DNA of 64,000 bases from Epilithonimonas sp. (GCF_032054305.1 NZ_DAMBSX010000004.1:184795-248794); one strand, 5' to 3'. Counted from the stretch's first letter, positions 30,588-41,626 are shown. A program made the numbers and translations. The notes: generated by a model from the letters alone, not told the origin.

Positions 30588-30621
30588 TGTTCTCATCAGA
30601 ACAGTGTTTTTAGTTAAAAAA

Positions 30622-30651
30622 GAAACTCCGGAAGCAATTTTCCGGAGTTTC
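30622..30651. terminator. Bidirectional terminator between the convergent NUDIX and thioredoxin-like genes
   Basis: GAAACTCCGGA / TCCGGAGTTTC forms an 11-bp stem, with a T-run on the minus-strand side. Confidence 0.75.
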
Positions 30652-30655
30652 AATT

Positions 30656-31213
30656 TTATTTCCATTTTATATTGCAACCCAAACTTGGCTTTTGGAATTC
30701 TTCCTGCTCAGCTCCTGCCAAAAGATTTTCAAAAGCGATAATCAAATCTTCGCCTGTAATTTCTTTTTGATTTCCCGGACGAGAATCATCCATTTGTCCA
30801 CGATAAATCAGACTAAGATTTTCGTCAAAGAAGTAAAAATCCGGTGTACAAGCTGCTTCGAAAGATTTTGCAACATCCTGAGACTCGTCATATAAATAAG
30901 GAAATTTGATATTTCTTTCATCTACAAAATCTACCATCATTTCCGGAGAATCTGCAGGATATCTATCAACATCATTAGAATTAATCCCAATAAACTCAAT
31001 TCCTTGAGATTTGTAATCTTCGTATAATTCTTCCAATTTATCGATGATATGAAGAACGAACGGGCAATGATTACACATAAAAACTACCAAAGTCCCTTTC
31101 TTTCCTTTCAAAGATTCGAGGCTTTGCAATTCGTTATTCTTTGCGGGATTTGGAAGTTTAAAATCTGGAGCTTTTGTTCCTAAAGCCAGCATATTTGAAG
31201 GTGTGTTTGACAT
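30656..31213 (-). CDS. Thioredoxin-fold (AhpC/TSA-like) protein
   Basis: GTKAPDFKLP...VVFMCNHCPFV redox motif; 185 aa. Confidence 0.8.
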   Translation of the reverse strand: MSNTPSNMLALGTKAPDFKLPNPAKNNELQSLESLKGKKGTLVVFMCNHCPFVLHIIDKLEELYEDYKSQGIEFIGINSNDVDRYPADSPEMMVDFVDERNIKFPYLYDESQDVAKSFEAACTPDFYFFDENLSLIYRGQMDDSRPGNQKEITGEDLIIAFENLLAGAEQEEFQKPSLGCNIKWK

Positions 31214-31257
31214 AAGTTTTGATTAAAAGATTAAAATATTTTGGGATTAAGAAATTA

Positions 31258-32172
31258 CTAAATCTCTGAATCACTTAATTTACTCAGCAAAGATAATGCT
31301 TCTTGCATAGAATTATTATAGTTGACCCAATTTACATTTTCCAGTTTTTTGTTCCACGTGATTTGTCGCTTGGCGTATCGTCGGGAATTTTTCTTGACTT
31401 CTTCGATTGCAAAATTCAAGTCCCATTCGTCATCAAAATATCGAAATAACTCTGAGTAACCAACCGTTTGCAAAGCGACTTTATCTTTGTCAGCAATCAA
31501 CCCTTTTGCTTCTTCCAACAATCCGTTCTCTACCATTTTATCCACACGAAGATTGATTCTTTCATAAATGATTTCTCTTGGCGCATCAATTCCGATTCGG
31601 ACGACTTGGAAATTTCTTTTTTTTCTCGGTAAACTAAGATTTTCGGTGTAAGTTTTTCCGGTCTGCCAAATGATATCAATCGCTCGCAGTAAACGTCTCG
31701 GATTGTCTTTATCAACAATTGAAAAATATTCTGGGTCTAATTCTTCCAGCAATTGTTGCAGAGCTTCCAAACCTTTGTTTTCCCAAATTGATAATAATTT
31801 TTGTTGATTATCTGCATTAGCTTCAGGCAGATCATTCATTCCTTCCACAACTGCTTTTTCGTACATCCCACTACCTCCAACCATTATAGCGACATCTTTT
31901 TCCGTAAAAATTTCATCAAGTTTTTTCAACGCATCAACTTCGTATTGCCCGATTGAATAATAATCGTTGATACTAAGATTACCCACAAAATGATGTTTGG
32001 ATTCCGCTAATTCTTCATCGGTCGGCATCGCCGTTCCAATTCTCATTTCTTTATAGAACTGGCGAGAATCACAGGAAATAATCTCTGTATCTAGATGATT
32101 AGCCAAATCGATTGCTAATCGGGTTTTCCCGATTCCTGTAGTTCCGATAATTGAGATGAGATATTTCAACAA
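31258..32172 (-). CDS. miaA: tRNA dimethylallyltransferase (TTG start)
   Basis: P-loop IIGTTGIGKTRLAIDLA, and SCDSRQFYKEMRIGTA. Confidence 0.9.
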   Translation of the reverse strand: MLKYLISIIGTTGIGKTRLAIDLANHLDTEIISCDSRQFYKEMRIGTAMPTDEELAESKHHFVGNLSINDYYSIGQYEVDALKKLDEIFTEKDVAIMVGGSGMYEKAVVEGMNDLPEANADNQQKLLSIWENKGLEALQQLLEELDPEYFSIVDKDNPRRLLRAIDIIWQTGKTYTENLSLPRKKRNFQVVRIGIDAPREIIYERINLRVDKMVENGLLEEAKGLIADKDKVALQTVGYSELFRYFDDEWDLNFAIEEVKKNSRRYAKRQITWNKKLENVNWVNYNNSMQEALSLLSKLSDSEI

Positions 32173-32353
32173 AAAATTTTTGCAAATTTACGAAATGTGA
32201 AATGTTTTTACTTTATAAATTTTCATGTCAGCCTGCTCTCGCTGATCTGTAAGATTTCGCGATTCATTTTTGAATTTGCCAAATCCGCGAGACTATTTTT
32301 CAGCAAAAATTCTTTTAAATCTAAAATAATAATTACTTATTTTTACATTCAGA

Positions 32354-33508
32354 ATGACGTTCAAATTACCCAACTCCAAACTTCCTGATGTGAAAATGAC
32401 GATTTTCACAGAGATGAGCTTATTAGCACAACAGGAAAACGCAGTCAATCTTTCTCAAGGATTTCCGGATTATCAGCCCGATGAAAACTTAATCAAATAT
32501 CTCGGAGATTTTGCAAAACAAGGACATAATCAATATGCACCGTTGTTTGGAATCAAAGAACTTCGGGAAGAGATTTCGAGGAAATTCGATCTTCAATATC
32601 AAGTGGATTACCATCCCGATTCTGAAATTAATGTTACTGCTGGAGCAACTCAAGGAATTTTTACCGCTATCTCTGCATTTGTGGAAAAAGGAGATGAAGT
32701 CATTATTTTCGAACCGGCTTACGATTGTTATGAACCTGCAATTATTCTGAATGATGGCATCGTAAAAAACGTTAAAATGCTTTATCCTGATTATGAAATC
32801 AATTGGAACGAAGTCAAAAATCTGGTTTCCGAAAAAACCAAGATGATAATCATCAACAACCCGAATAATCCTTCCGGAAAAATCCTGAAACAAAAAGATA
32901 TTGATAAACTGATTGCTATTGTAAAAAATACGGACATCATTATTCTAAGTGATGAAGTTTATGAAAGTATCACTTTCGATGAAAAACCTCATCTGACATT
33001 GGCAAAATATCCTGAACTGAAAGAACGAACATTCATTGTTGGCTCTTTCGGGAAGCTATTGCACATCACAGGCTGGAAAATAGGTTATGTTTGTGCGCCG
33101 TCGGACTTGATGAATGAATTCAGGAAAGTTCATCAATTCAATGTGTTTTGTGTGAACACGCCGGCACAATTTGCGATTTCTAAATATTTGCAGAATGTGG
33201 ATGATTTTGAATCAATCTCAACATTTTTCCAAACAAAAAGAGATTATCTTAAAAATGCTTTGAAAGAAACCCCTTTCCAGTTAGTGGATTGTGGAGGAAC
33301 TTATTTTTTATCTGCCAATTTTGGCGCAATTTCTGATAAGAAAGACAAGGATTTTTGCTATTGGCTAACGAAAGAATACAAAGTTGCAACTATTCCGTTT
33401 TCTGCATTTTACAAAGATAAAACTGATGAAAAAGTGATTCGTTTTTGTTTTGCCAAAGAGCAGGAAACATTGGACAAAGCCATAGAACAATTATTAAAAA
33501 TAAAATAA
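32354..33508 (+). CDS. Class I/II PLP aminotransferase (methionine aminotransferase-like)
   Basis: NLSQGFPDY, NNPNNPSGK, and SFGKLLHITGWKIGY (PLP lysine). Confidence 0.85.
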   Translation: MTFKLPNSKLPDVKMTIFTEMSLLAQQENAVNLSQGFPDYQPDENLIKYLGDFAKQGHNQYAPLFGIKELREEISRKFDLQYQVDYHPDSEINVTAGATQGIFTAISAFVEKGDEVIIFEPAYDCYEPAIILNDGIVKNVKMLYPDYEINWNEVKNLVSEKTKMIIINNPNNPSGKILKQKDIDKLIAIVKNTDIIILSDEVYESITFDEKPHLTLAKYPELKERTFIVGSFGKLLHITGWKIGYVCAPSDLMNEFRKVHQFNVFCVNTPAQFAISKYLQNVDDFESISTFFQTKRDYLKNALKETPFQLVDCGGTYFLSANFGAISDKKDKDFCYWLTKEYKVATIPFSAFYKDKTDEKVIRFCFAKEQETLDKAIEQLLKIK

Positions 33509-33515
33509 AGCCATA

Positions 33516-34082
33516 ATGAAAAATTTAATTTTAGCTGCTTCATTATTATTTGGAGTTAGTGCATTTTCACAAGCGAAAATTGATCCAACAAAACTGAATT
33601 ATATGTCAGTTGACATAAGTCCAATGGATGCGGTTTACTATCCACTTCAAGTGACTTCATCCAAAACGGAAACTCCGAAAGTGAAATTAGAATACTCCCG
33701 TCCACAGAAAAAAAACAGAGTCGTTTTTGGAAACCTTATTAAGTACGGAGAAATCTGGAGATTCGGGGCTAATGAAAATTCTGAAATCAAATTTTATACG
33801 CCCGTGACAATCGGTGGAAAAGAAATTCCTGCAGGAACTTATAGTATTTTTGCAATTCCGTTTGAAAAAGAATGGACAATTGTTTTAAATTCTGAAACTG
33901 ATAAATGGGGTGCGTATTTCTACGATAAAAGTAAAGATGTTGTGAGATTCAATGTTCCGGTTGAGAAAACAGCTTCTCCAATCGAATATTTTTCTGTGAC
34001 TTTTGTACAGACAAAATCGGGAGCGGATTTGTACGCTGGCTGGGACAATACTCAGGTAAAATTCCCGATTGCTTTTAAATAA
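33516..34082 (+). CDS. Secreted DUF2911-like protein
   Basis: Signal peptide. YSRPQKKNRVVFGNLIKYGEIWRFGANENSEI matches my memory of the DUF2911 pattern. Confidence 0.65.
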   Translation: MKNLILAASLLFGVSAFSQAKIDPTKLNYMSVDISPMDAVYYPLQVTSSKTETPKVKLEYSRPQKKNRVVFGNLIKYGEIWRFGANENSEIKFYTPVTIGGKEIPAGTYSIFAIPFEKEWTIVLNSETDKWGAYFYDKSKDVVRFNVPVEKTASPIEYFSVTFVQTKSGADLYAGWDNTQVKFPIAFK

Positions 34083-34100
34083 TCTTTTAGAATAAAGATG

Positions 34101-34136
34101 AAGCCTTATCAAAATTGATAAGGCTTTTTTGTTTTT
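34101..34136 (+). terminator. Rho-independent terminator after 33516..34082
   Basis: AAGCCTTATCA / TGATAAGGCTT forms an 11-bp stem, followed by TTTTTGTTTTTTT. Confidence 0.75.
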
Positions 34137-34763
34137 TTAAAACTTTACAGTAAGTAAATCTTCAAAGTTTTGAATCTGAACTTTTGAATTTTCAATTTTT
34201 CCAAAACCATAAGCTGCATAAATAAAGTCAACGCCAGCTTTCTTGGAAGATTCTTTATCCCAAATAGTGTCACCAACATAAACTGGATTTTGCAGATTAT
34301 TTCGCTCCACAATTAGTCTGATGTTCTTATCTTTTGGCAAACCATCGTTGCCAAAACATTCGAAATCTTCAAACAAATTTCCAAAACTAAAAAACCCGAT
34401 GAAGTTCTCGATGTAACCTTTCATACAATTGCTGACGATGAAAAGTCTATAATTTTCTGCTAATTTTTCTAATGTTTCTTTGACTTTTGGAAATAATTCG
34501 CCACCGAACTGTTTAAGATATTGACTTTCTTTTTCAGCATAAATTGTTTCAAATTCCTCTAACTTTTCTTTTGGAATAAAACTGAAATGTTGAGCGAAAA
34601 TGTCGTCCATCTTCATTCCAGAAAAATCTCTCACAGTCTGAGAAGTTATATTGATATTAAATTCAATCGCTTGAATGCTGTCGTTAAAAGCTCTGACAAC
34701 GGTTTCCGATGCATTCCAAAGTGTTCCGTCTAGGTCAAAAATAATACTGTCTCTTTCTATCAT
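34137..34763 (-). CDS. HAD-superfamily hydrolase (phosphatase)
   Basis: Motif I IIFDLDGTLW and motif IV YVGDTIWD. Its start overlaps the hutI stop by 1 nt. Confidence 0.75.
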   Translation of the reverse strand: MIERDSIIFDLDGTLWNASETVVRAFNDSIQAIEFNINITSQTVRDFSGMKMDDIFAQHFSFIPKEKLEEFETIYAEKESQYLKQFGGELFPKVKETLEKLAENYRLFIVSNCMKGYIENFIGFFSFGNLFEDFECFGNDGLPKDKNIRLIVERNNLQNPVYVGDTIWDKESSKKAGVDFIYAAYGFGKIENSKVQIQNFEDLLTVKF

Positions 34764-35989
34764 TATAAAACTTTTTCTCCATTAATATAAACTTGTGAAG
34801 GAGGCAAACTTCCCTGCTGGTAAAGGATATTCTGGAAATTATCGGTTTCATACGTGATGAAATCAGCTTTTTTCCCTTCAGACAAAACGCCTCTATCTTC
34901 CAAACCCAAAGCAAATGCAGCCCGGAAAGTGATAGCAGACAAAACCTCAGCAGTTGTTAGTTTCTGATAAGTTGCCAAAATTGCAGCCTGGGTCACCAGA
35001 TTCCCCATCGGCGCAGAACCAGGATTCCAATCTGATGCAATAGCAAGAATCCCACCCCCGTCAAGGATTTTTCTTGCCGGTGAAAAAGGCTCACCTAATC
35101 CTAAACTTGCGCCAGGCAAAGCAATCGCGACAGTATTTGAATTTGCTAAAAATTCAATATCTTCATCAAATGTAGCTTCCAAATGGTCGGCAGATTTCGC
35201 ACCAACTTCCACAGCAATTCTGGAACTTCCTGGCGTAAACTGGTCTGCGTGAACTGTGATTTGAAATCCTAATTGTTTAGCTTTCAAAAGGAAATTTTTA
35301 CTTTCTTCTGGCTGAAACGCTGACTTCTCAATAAAAATATCAACTCGATCAGCCAGATTTTCTTCTTTTACTTTTGGTAAAATTTCATTAACAATATAAT
35401 TAAGATATTCCTCGGAAGTTCCTTTAAAATCTCTTGGCTTGAGGTGTGCAGAAAGACACGTTGGAACTAATGTCGCTTTCGTTTGAGTCTGAGCTTTTTT
35501 GATGGCTCGAAGCATTTTAAGTTCTTCATCAATATTTAGTCCGTAACCACTTTTAATCTCAATTGTTGTAATACCTTGTTTGATAAGTCGATTGACTCTT
35601 TCTAAAATTCCTCCAACCAGATCTTCTTCCGAAGCAGCCCTTGTATGTTTCACAGAACTCCAAATCCCGCCTCCAGATTCTGCAATTTGGAGATAAGTTC
35701 TCCCAGCATTTCTCATAGCAAAATCATTCGCCCGATTTCCGCCGAAGCAAATATGCGTATGTGCATCTACAAAAGCAGGAAGTGCGATTTGTTCATTATC
35801 AATAAAATCGATTTCAGAATCAGGGAATTTTTGTTTTAATATATCAAAATCGTTGACTTCTAAAAGTTTTCCATTTTCTGTAAGAATTCCTCCGTTTGCA
35901 ATGATTTCTAAAGATTCATCACTAAGCTTTCCTTTTAATGGAAGATTATTGAGTGTGATGATTTGCTTGAAAGGACCTATTAACTTCAT
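34763..35989 (-). CDS. hutI: Imidazolonepropionase
   Basis: FVDAHTHICFGGNRANDF and the amidohydrolase metal ligands; 408 aa. No other hut genes are nearby. Confidence 0.88.
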   Translation of the reverse strand: MKLIGPFKQIITLNNLPLKGKLSDESLEIIANGGILTENGKLLEVNDFDILKQKFPDSEIDFIDNEQIALPAFVDAHTHICFGGNRANDFAMRNAGRTYLQIAESGGGIWSSVKHTRAASEEDLVGGILERVNRLIKQGITTIEIKSGYGLNIDEELKMLRAIKKAQTQTKATLVPTCLSAHLKPRDFKGTSEEYLNYIVNEILPKVKEENLADRVDIFIEKSAFQPEESKNFLLKAKQLGFQITVHADQFTPGSSRIAVEVGAKSADHLEATFDEDIEFLANSNTVAIALPGASLGLGEPFSPARKILDGGGILAIASDWNPGSAPMGNLVTQAAILATYQKLTTAEVLSAITFRAAFALGLEDRGVLSEGKKADFITYETDNFQNILYQQGSLPPSQVYINGEKVL

Positions 35990-36077
35990 AAATTTTTCTT
36001 AAAAAGTAAAAATAAGGATAAAGTTCTTTTTATTACAATGTTTATAAATTGTATTTTTACGAAAATTTAAAATTCAA

Positions 36078-36749
36078 ATGAAAACTATAATCATTACAAC
36101 AAGTTTACTTCTAAGTGGATTATTCCTAAATGCACAACAAATTGATTTAGCAAGAAATGCACAATTTGTTAAATCAATGGATGAAATCAACAATGGAAAA
36201 GGCGTTCTTAAATATTCTGACATACAGGGCAATCCTTTTTACAAAAAGGGATTTTCGGAAGCTAAAATTGGAGATACAGGAAGTACTCTACCTGTAAGAT
36301 ATAATTTGTACAAAGATGTATTTGAGCTTTTGAATAATAATGATATTTATACACTCCCAAAAGAAAGCTCATTTTCTAAATTTGTTTTTGCATCTACTAA
36401 TGAAAAATTTATTTTAACTAATGATGATGAAGGATTTGCTGGGTATTTCCAAGTTCTTGTAGATGGAAAAAATAAACTTTTAAAGAAAATGGCTGTAAAA
36501 TTCAGTCCCGAAGTTCCTGCTCAAAATACATTAGTTGCTGGTATACCTGCAAAATTTGAGAATCAAAGACCTATTTATTTTATTAAAACAGAAGATAATA
36601 TTATAAAAATCACTAAAAAAAGTGAAGACCTATTAAATGCACTTCCTGCCGACAAAAAAGAGACGGCAAAAGATTTTATCAAAACAAAGAAAATAAAATT
36701 CAATCAGGAACTTGACCTTATTGCTTTGGCTAATTTCCTAAATAACTAA
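36078..36749 (+). CDS. Hypothetical secreted protein
   Basis: Signal peptide MKTIIITTSLLLSGLFLNAQ. No motif recognised. Confidence 0.5.
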   Translation: MKTIIITTSLLLSGLFLNAQQIDLARNAQFVKSMDEINNGKGVLKYSDIQGNPFYKKGFSEAKIGDTGSTLPVRYNLYKDVFELLNNNDIYTLPKESSFSKFVFASTNEKFILTNDDEGFAGYFQVLVDGKNKLLKKMAVKFSPEVPAQNTLVAGIPAKFENQRPIYFIKTEDNIIKITKKSEDLLNALPADKKETAKDFIKTKKIKFNQELDLIALANFLNN

Positions 36750-36750
36750 C

Positions 36751-36781
36751 AAAAAAGAGATGCCAGTTGCATCTCTTTTTT
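36751..36781. terminator. Bidirectional terminator between 36078..36749 and metF
   Basis: AAAAAAGAGATGC / GCATCTCTTTTTT forms a 13-bp stem. Confidence 0.8.
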
Positions 36782-36782
36782 G

Positions 36783-37739
36783 TTAAAAAACTTCTCTTCC
36801 TATCTTCAGAATATTATCACTTTTCCCCATCGAGTAAAAATGCAGAACAGGAATCCCAAACTCCAAAAGCTCTTTACTTTGGTTAATTGCCCATTCGATT
36901 CCCACTTCACGAACGTCATTGTTGGTTTTACATTTCAAAACTTCATTGATTAAAGCTTCAGGTAAATCGATTTTAAAAACTTGTGGTAACATTTGTAAAT
37001 GCGTTTTCGTTGCAATCGGTTTGATTCCCGGAATAATCGGAACATCAATTCCAATTTCTCTCGCTTGTTTTACGAAATCGAAGAATTTTTGATTGTCGAA
37101 AAACATTTGAGTCACGATGTAATCTGCTCCGGCTTCTACTTTTTTCTTCAACATCTGAAGGTCATAATTCATAGAAGGCGCTTCGATATGTTTCTCGGGA
37201 TAACCCGCAACACCAATGCAGAAACTGTTGTCAACATCCGATTCTATTTTACCGTGAAGATATTCTCCAATTCCCAAATCGTGAATTTGTTTAACCAAAT
37301 CTGAAGCATATTTATGCCCTCCTATAGACGGTTCAAAATACTTTTCGCCTTTCATTGCATCGCCTCGTAAAGCAACAATATTATTGATTCCCAAATACAT
37401 ACAATCCACCAACAGATACTCGGTTTCTTCTTTGGTAAATCCACCACAAAGTACGTGTGGAACGGTATCAACATTATATTTATTTTGAATCGCCGAACAA
37501 ATCCCTAACGTTCCAGGACGCATTCTTGTGATTTTTCGCTCCATCAAGCCGTTTCCTCTTTCCAGGAAAATATATTCTTCTCGGGAAGTCGTAACGTCAA
37601 TAAATGGTGGCTTGAACTCCATCAATGGGTCGATATTCTTATATAAATCAGCAATGCCGACTCCTTTTTGTGGAGGAACAATTTCAAAAGAAAAAAGCGT
37701 TTTGCCGTTGGCGTTTTTTATATGGTCAGTAATTTTCAT
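36783..37739 (-). CDS. metF: 5,10-methylenetetrahydrofolate reductase
   Basis: TLFSFEIVPPQKG N-terminal motif; 318 aa. Last gene of the met operon. Confidence 0.9.
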   Translation of the reverse strand: MKITDHIKNANGKTLFSFEIVPPQKGVGIADLYKNIDPLMEFKPPFIDVTTSREEYIFLERGNGLMERKITRMRPGTLGICSAIQNKYNVDTVPHVLCGGFTKEETEYLLVDCMYLGINNIVALRGDAMKGEKYFEPSIGGHKYASDLVKQIHDLGIGEYLHGKIESDVDNSFCIGVAGYPEKHIEAPSMNYDLQMLKKKVEAGADYIVTQMFFDNQKFFDFVKQAREIGIDVPIIPGIKPIATKTHLQMLPQVFKIDLPEALINEVLKCKTNNDVREVGIEWAINQSKELLEFGIPVLHFYSMGKSDNILKIGREVF

Positions 37740-37758
37740 TCAATAATTTTAAATAATA

Positions 37759-40440
37759 TTAATCAGCTAAGTTTGGAGCTAACCATTTTCTAGCATAGTC
37801 CAATTCAACATCTTTTCTTTCAGCGAAATCTTTTAATTGGTCTTCATCAATTTTCCCAACTCCAAAATATTTTGATTTTTCATTTCCGAAATAATACCCT
37901 GAAACTGCTGCAGTTGGCCACATTGCCAGACTTTCAGTCAAAGTCACTCCGATATTTTCTTCGACTTTTAGTAAATCCCAAATGGTGAGTTTCTCCAAAT
38001 GGTCAGGACAAGCCGGATAACCGGGCGCAGGACGGATTCCCAGATATTTTTCTTTGATTAATTCCTCGTTATCCAACGTTTCATTTTCGGAATAACCCCA
38101 ATATTCGGTTCTAACTTTTTTGTGAAGATATTCTGCAAAGGCTTCCGCAAATCGGTCGGCCAGAGCTTTCACCATAATCGCATTATAGTCATCATTTTGT
38201 TCTTCGTATTCCTTTGCTAATTCATCGGCTCCGAAACCTGTACAAACACAGAACGTTCCAATATAATCTTGTTTACCAGAATTTTCAGGTGCGATAAAAT
38301 CACTTAAAGCAAAATATTCTTTTCCTTCCGATTTTTTATGTTGCTGACGTAAAGTTCTGAAAGTCGAAATCACATTCTGATTGTCATCAAAAACCAAAAT
38401 ATCATCTTGTTCATTCGCTTTCGCTGGAAAAATCCCGAAAATACCTTTTGCTTTGAAACTCTTTTCTTTCAAGATTTTCGTGAGCATTATCTGAGCTTCA
38501 TTAAACAAAATTGTTGCTTGTTCCCCAACAACATTATCTGTTAGAATTTCAGGAAATTTCCCAAACAATTGCCAGCTTCTGAAAAATGGAGACCAATCAA
38601 TGAATTCGACTAACTCATCAAGATTTTGGTCTTCGATAATTGTAATTCCTAATTTTTTAGGCGTCGGAATAGTTTCACTTTCCCAATCGATTTTGAATTT
38701 TTTCTCACGCGCTTCTGCAATCGGAACATATTCTTTATCGACTTGACGATTCAAAAACTTCTCACGGAATTCATCATAATCTTTTCTGATTTCCAAAGCA
38801 TAAGCATTCGATTTATCTCTGTTTAAAAGAGAACTTACCACACCAACAGCTCTGGATGCATCGTTCACGTGAACAACTGTGTTGGAATATTTTGGCGAAA
38901 TTTTAACTGCTGTATGTGCTTTGGAAGTTGTTGCACCTCCAATCAGTAAAGGGAAATCAAGATTCTTACGTTCCAGTTCGTCCGCAATATGAACCATTTC
39001 ATCCAGACTTGGCGTAATCAATCCGCTTAATCCAATCACATCCACTTTTTCGTCAATCGCGGTTTGGATAATTTTTTCAGCAGGAACCATTACTCCTAAA
39101 TCCACAATTTCGTAATTGTTACAACCCAAAACCACGCTCACAATATTTTTTCCGATATCGTGAACATCGCCTTTCACCGTTGCCATCAGAATTTTTCCGT
39201 TAGATTTTTGAGTTTGGTCTTTTTCCGCTTCGATGAATGGCTGAAGATAAGCCACCGCTTTTTTCATCACTCTCGCAGATTTTACAACCTGAGGCAAAAA
39301 CATTTTTCCGCTTCCGAAAAGGTCGCCGACAACACCCATTCCTGTCATCAGATTAATCTCAATCACATCAAGCGGACGTTTTGAAACTTTTCTCGCTTCT
39401 TCCGCATCTTCTTCTATAAAACGGTCGATTCCTTTTACTAAAGCGTGCGTGATTCTAGTCTGCAAATCCTGCTCTCTCCAGCTAAGGTCTTCAACTTTTT
39501 CTTTTTTTGTTGATTTATGTTTTTCGGAATAATCCAGAAGTTTTTCTGTCGCATCTTCCGTTCTATCGAGCATTACATCTTCCACCAACTCCAATAATTC
39601 TTTAGGAATTTCGTCATAAACTTCCAACATTGTCGGGTTCACGATTCCCATATTCATTCCCGCTTTTATTGCGTGGTAAAGGAAAACAGAGTGCATCGCT
39701 TCTCTCACAGAATCATTTCCTCGGAACGAAAACGAAACGTTGGAAACACCGCCACTGACGGAAGCATTCGGAAGATTGGTACGAACCCAACGTGTTGCTT
39801 CGATAAAATCAATGGCATTTCTACGATGTTCATCCATTCCGGTCGCAACTGGAAAAATATTCAAATCGAAAATAATATCCTCGGAAGGAAAACCAACCTT
39901 ATTAACCAAAATATCATAAGACCTTTTGGAAATCTCGATTCTTCTTTCGTAATTATCAGCTTGTCCAACCTCATCAAAAGCCATAATAATCGCTGCTGCG
40001 CCATAACGTTTGATGGCTTTAGCTTGCTTAATAAATTCTTCCTCACCACCCTTCAAACTAATGGAATTCACGATAGTTTTCCCCTGAACAACATGCAATC
40101 CGGCTTCCAGAATTTCCCATTTGGATGAATCAATCATAATCGGGACTCTGGCAATATCCGGTTCTGAAGCAATCAAGTTAAGGAATTTAACCATTGCATA
40201 TTTTCCGTCCAAAAGTCCGTCGTCCATATTGACGTCAAGAATCTGAGCGCCACCTTCCACCTGATTTCTGGCAATATCGAGTGCTTCGGAATATTTTTCT
40301 TCTTTAATTAATCGAAGAAATTTTTTGGAACCAGCAACGTTGGTTCTCTCTCCAACATTGATAAAGTTGGATTCGGGAGTTATAATTAATGGCTCAAGGC
40401 CCGATAATTTCAGATATTTTCTTTTACAATCTGCTTCCAT
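37759..40440 (-). CDS. metH: Cobalamin-dependent methionine synthase lacking the homocysteine-binding domain (pterin-binding, B12-binding and AdoMet-activation domains)
   Basis: [14 protein letters not shown] (pterin domain). [11 protein letters not shown] (DxHxxG) with [11 protein letters not shown] (B12 domain). C-terminal reactivation domain. Confidence 0.93.
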   Translation of the reverse strand: MEADCKRKYLKLSGLEPLIITPESNFINVGERTNVAGSKKFLRLIKEEKYSEALDIARNQVEGGAQILDVNMDDGLLDGKYAMVKFLNLIASEPDIARVPIMIDSSKWEILEAGLHVVQGKTIVNSISLKGGEEEFIKQAKAIKRYGAAAIIMAFDEVGQADNYERRIEISKRSYDILVNKVGFPSEDIIFDLNIFPVATGMDEHRRNAIDFIEATRWVRTNLPNASVSGGVSNVSFSFRGNDSVREAMHSVFLYHAIKAGMNMGIVNPTMLEVYDEIPKELLELVEDVMLDRTEDATEKLLDYSEKHKSTKKEKVEDLSWREQDLQTRITHALVKGIDRFIEEDAEEARKVSKRPLDVIEINLMTGMGVVGDLFGSGKMFLPQVVKSARVMKKAVAYLQPFIEAEKDQTQKSNGKILMATVKGDVHDIGKNIVSVVLGCNNYEIVDLGVMVPAEKIIQTAIDEKVDVIGLSGLITPSLDEMVHIADELERKNLDFPLLIGGATTSKAHTAVKISPKYSNTVVHVNDASRAVGVVSSLLNRDKSNAYALEIRKDYDEFREKFLNRQVDKEYVPIAEAREKKFKIDWESETIPTPKKLGITIIEDQNLDELVEFIDWSPFFRSWQLFGKFPEILTDNVVGEQATILFNEAQIMLTKILKEKSFKAKGIFGIFPAKANEQDDILVFDDNQNVISTFRTLRQQHKKSEGKEYFALSDFIAPENSGKQDYIGTFCVCTGFGADELAKEYEEQNDDYNAIMVKALADRFAEAFAEYLHKKVRTEYWGYSENETLDNEELIKEKYLGIRPAPGYPACPDHLEKLTIWDLLKVEENIGVTLTESLAMWPTAAVSGYYFGNEKSKYFGVGKIDEDQLKDFAERKDVELDYARKWLAPNLAD

Positions 40441-40443
40441 AAA

Positions 40444-41457
40444 TTATTGACTAATTGCCGATAATTGTCTCGGCTTGTAATTTTTTGCCAAATCAGCAAT
40501 CGCTTTGATATGGTCCGGCGTTGTTCCGCAACAACCACCAATAATATTGATTAAACCTTTTTCTAAATATTCTTCAACCTGATTTGCCATTTGTTCTGCA
40601 GTTTCATCGTATTGACCGAAGGCATTCGGTAAACCTGCGTTGGGATACGCAGAAATTCCAAAATCTGTGTGATTGGCAAGAATTTCTAAATAAGGCGTTA
40701 GTTGTTTTGCACCTAAAGCACAATTAAAACCAACACTTATCAAGTCCATATGTGAAACGGAAATCAAAAAAGCATCAGCCGTTTGTCCGCTCAAGGTTCT
40801 TCCGGAAGCATCGGTAATTGTTCCGGAAACCATAATTGGAATTACGATATTGCGTTCTTCTCGGATTTCGTCAATTGCGAATAATGCTGCTTTTGCATTC
40901 AATGTGTCGAAAATTGTTTCAACCAAAAGAATGTCAGAACCACCATCCAGCAAAGCTTTTGCCTGTTGTTTGTAAGCGATTCTCAGTTCATCAAAAGTAA
41001 TGGCTCTATAACCTGGGTCGTTTACGTCCGGACTTAAACTTGCTGTTCTGTTGGTTGGTCCAATTGAACCTGCTACAAATCTTGGTTTATCGGGATTTTG
41101 AGCAGTGAACTCGTCACAGACTTTTTTGGCGATTTTGGCCGATTCATAATTGAGTTCGTAAACCAAATCTTCTATATGATAATCCGCCATCGCAATGGTT
41201 GTTCCGGAAAATGTATTGGTTTCGATGATGTCTGCGCCGGCCAAAAGATATTTTTTATGAATCTCTTCAATAGCTTCTGGTTGCGTTAAAGACAACAAGT
41301 CGTTATTTCCTTTAAGGGGAGATTCCCAGTCTTTGAATCGCTCACCGCGATAATCTTCTTCTGTGAAATTGTAGCGCTGAATCATTGTTCCCATCGCTCC
41401 ATCGAGGATGAGAATACGTTCACCCAATGCTTTATATAATTGTTCTGAATTTTTCAT
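40444..41457 (-). CDS. Homocysteine S-methyltransferase domain protein (the separate N-terminal module of MetH)
   Basis: [11 protein letters not shown] and the zinc-site motif [11 protein letters not shown]. Its stop is 3 nt from the metH start. Confidence 0.9.
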   Translation of the reverse strand: MKNSEQLYKALGERILILDGAMGTMIQRYNFTEEDYRGERFKDWESPLKGNNDLLSLTQPEAIEEIHKKYLLAGADIIETNTFSGTTIAMADYHIEDLVYELNYESAKIAKKVCDEFTAQNPDKPRFVAGSIGPTNRTASLSPDVNDPGYRAITFDELRIAYKQQAKALLDGGSDILLVETIFDTLNAKAALFAIDEIREERNIVIPIMVSGTITDASGRTLSGQTADAFLISVSHMDLISVGFNCALGAKQLTPYLEILANHTDFGISAYPNAGLPNAFGQYDETAEQMANQVEEYLEKGLINIIGGCCGTTPDHIKAIADLAKNYKPRQLSAISQ

Positions 41458-41480
41458 AATTCATTTCTTTTTTCTAATGT

Positions 41481-41594
41481 CCCATCGGTTTTACCGACGG
41501 TTATTCAAATTGAATCCTTTGGATTCTGAATTTCTTTATTCATTTTTTACCATAGGTTTCACCTACGGCTACTGATATTGAATCCTTCGGATTC
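41481..41594. repeat. Two tandem 68-bp-period units, each with two short hairpins (REP-like)
   Basis: Unit a is 41481..41526 and unit b is 41549..41594. Hairpin 1 is TCGGT-TTT-ACCGA in unit a and TAGGT-TTC-ACCTA in unit b, a compensatory C:G to A:T change. Hairpin 2 is GAATCC-TTY-GGATTC in both. Confidence 0.8.
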
Positions 41595-41626
41595 TTTATG
41601 TTTTAGTTTTGTAGTTGATTGAAGAC

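Noticed and set aside
32173-32353. ORF 32197..32388 and an imperfect hairpin (TTCGCGATT ... AATCCGCGAG) between miaA and the aminotransferase gene.
   Set aside because: The ORF is low-complexity and overlaps the aminotransferase start. The hairpin has a bulge and only about 8 bp. This is likely a remnant of a common intergenic repeat.
41481-41594. A possible mini CRISPR array, considered because of the regularly spaced repeats.
   Set aside because: There are only two units. The repeats are imperfect hairpin pairs, the 22-nt spacing is too short for spacers, and there are no cas genes in the window.
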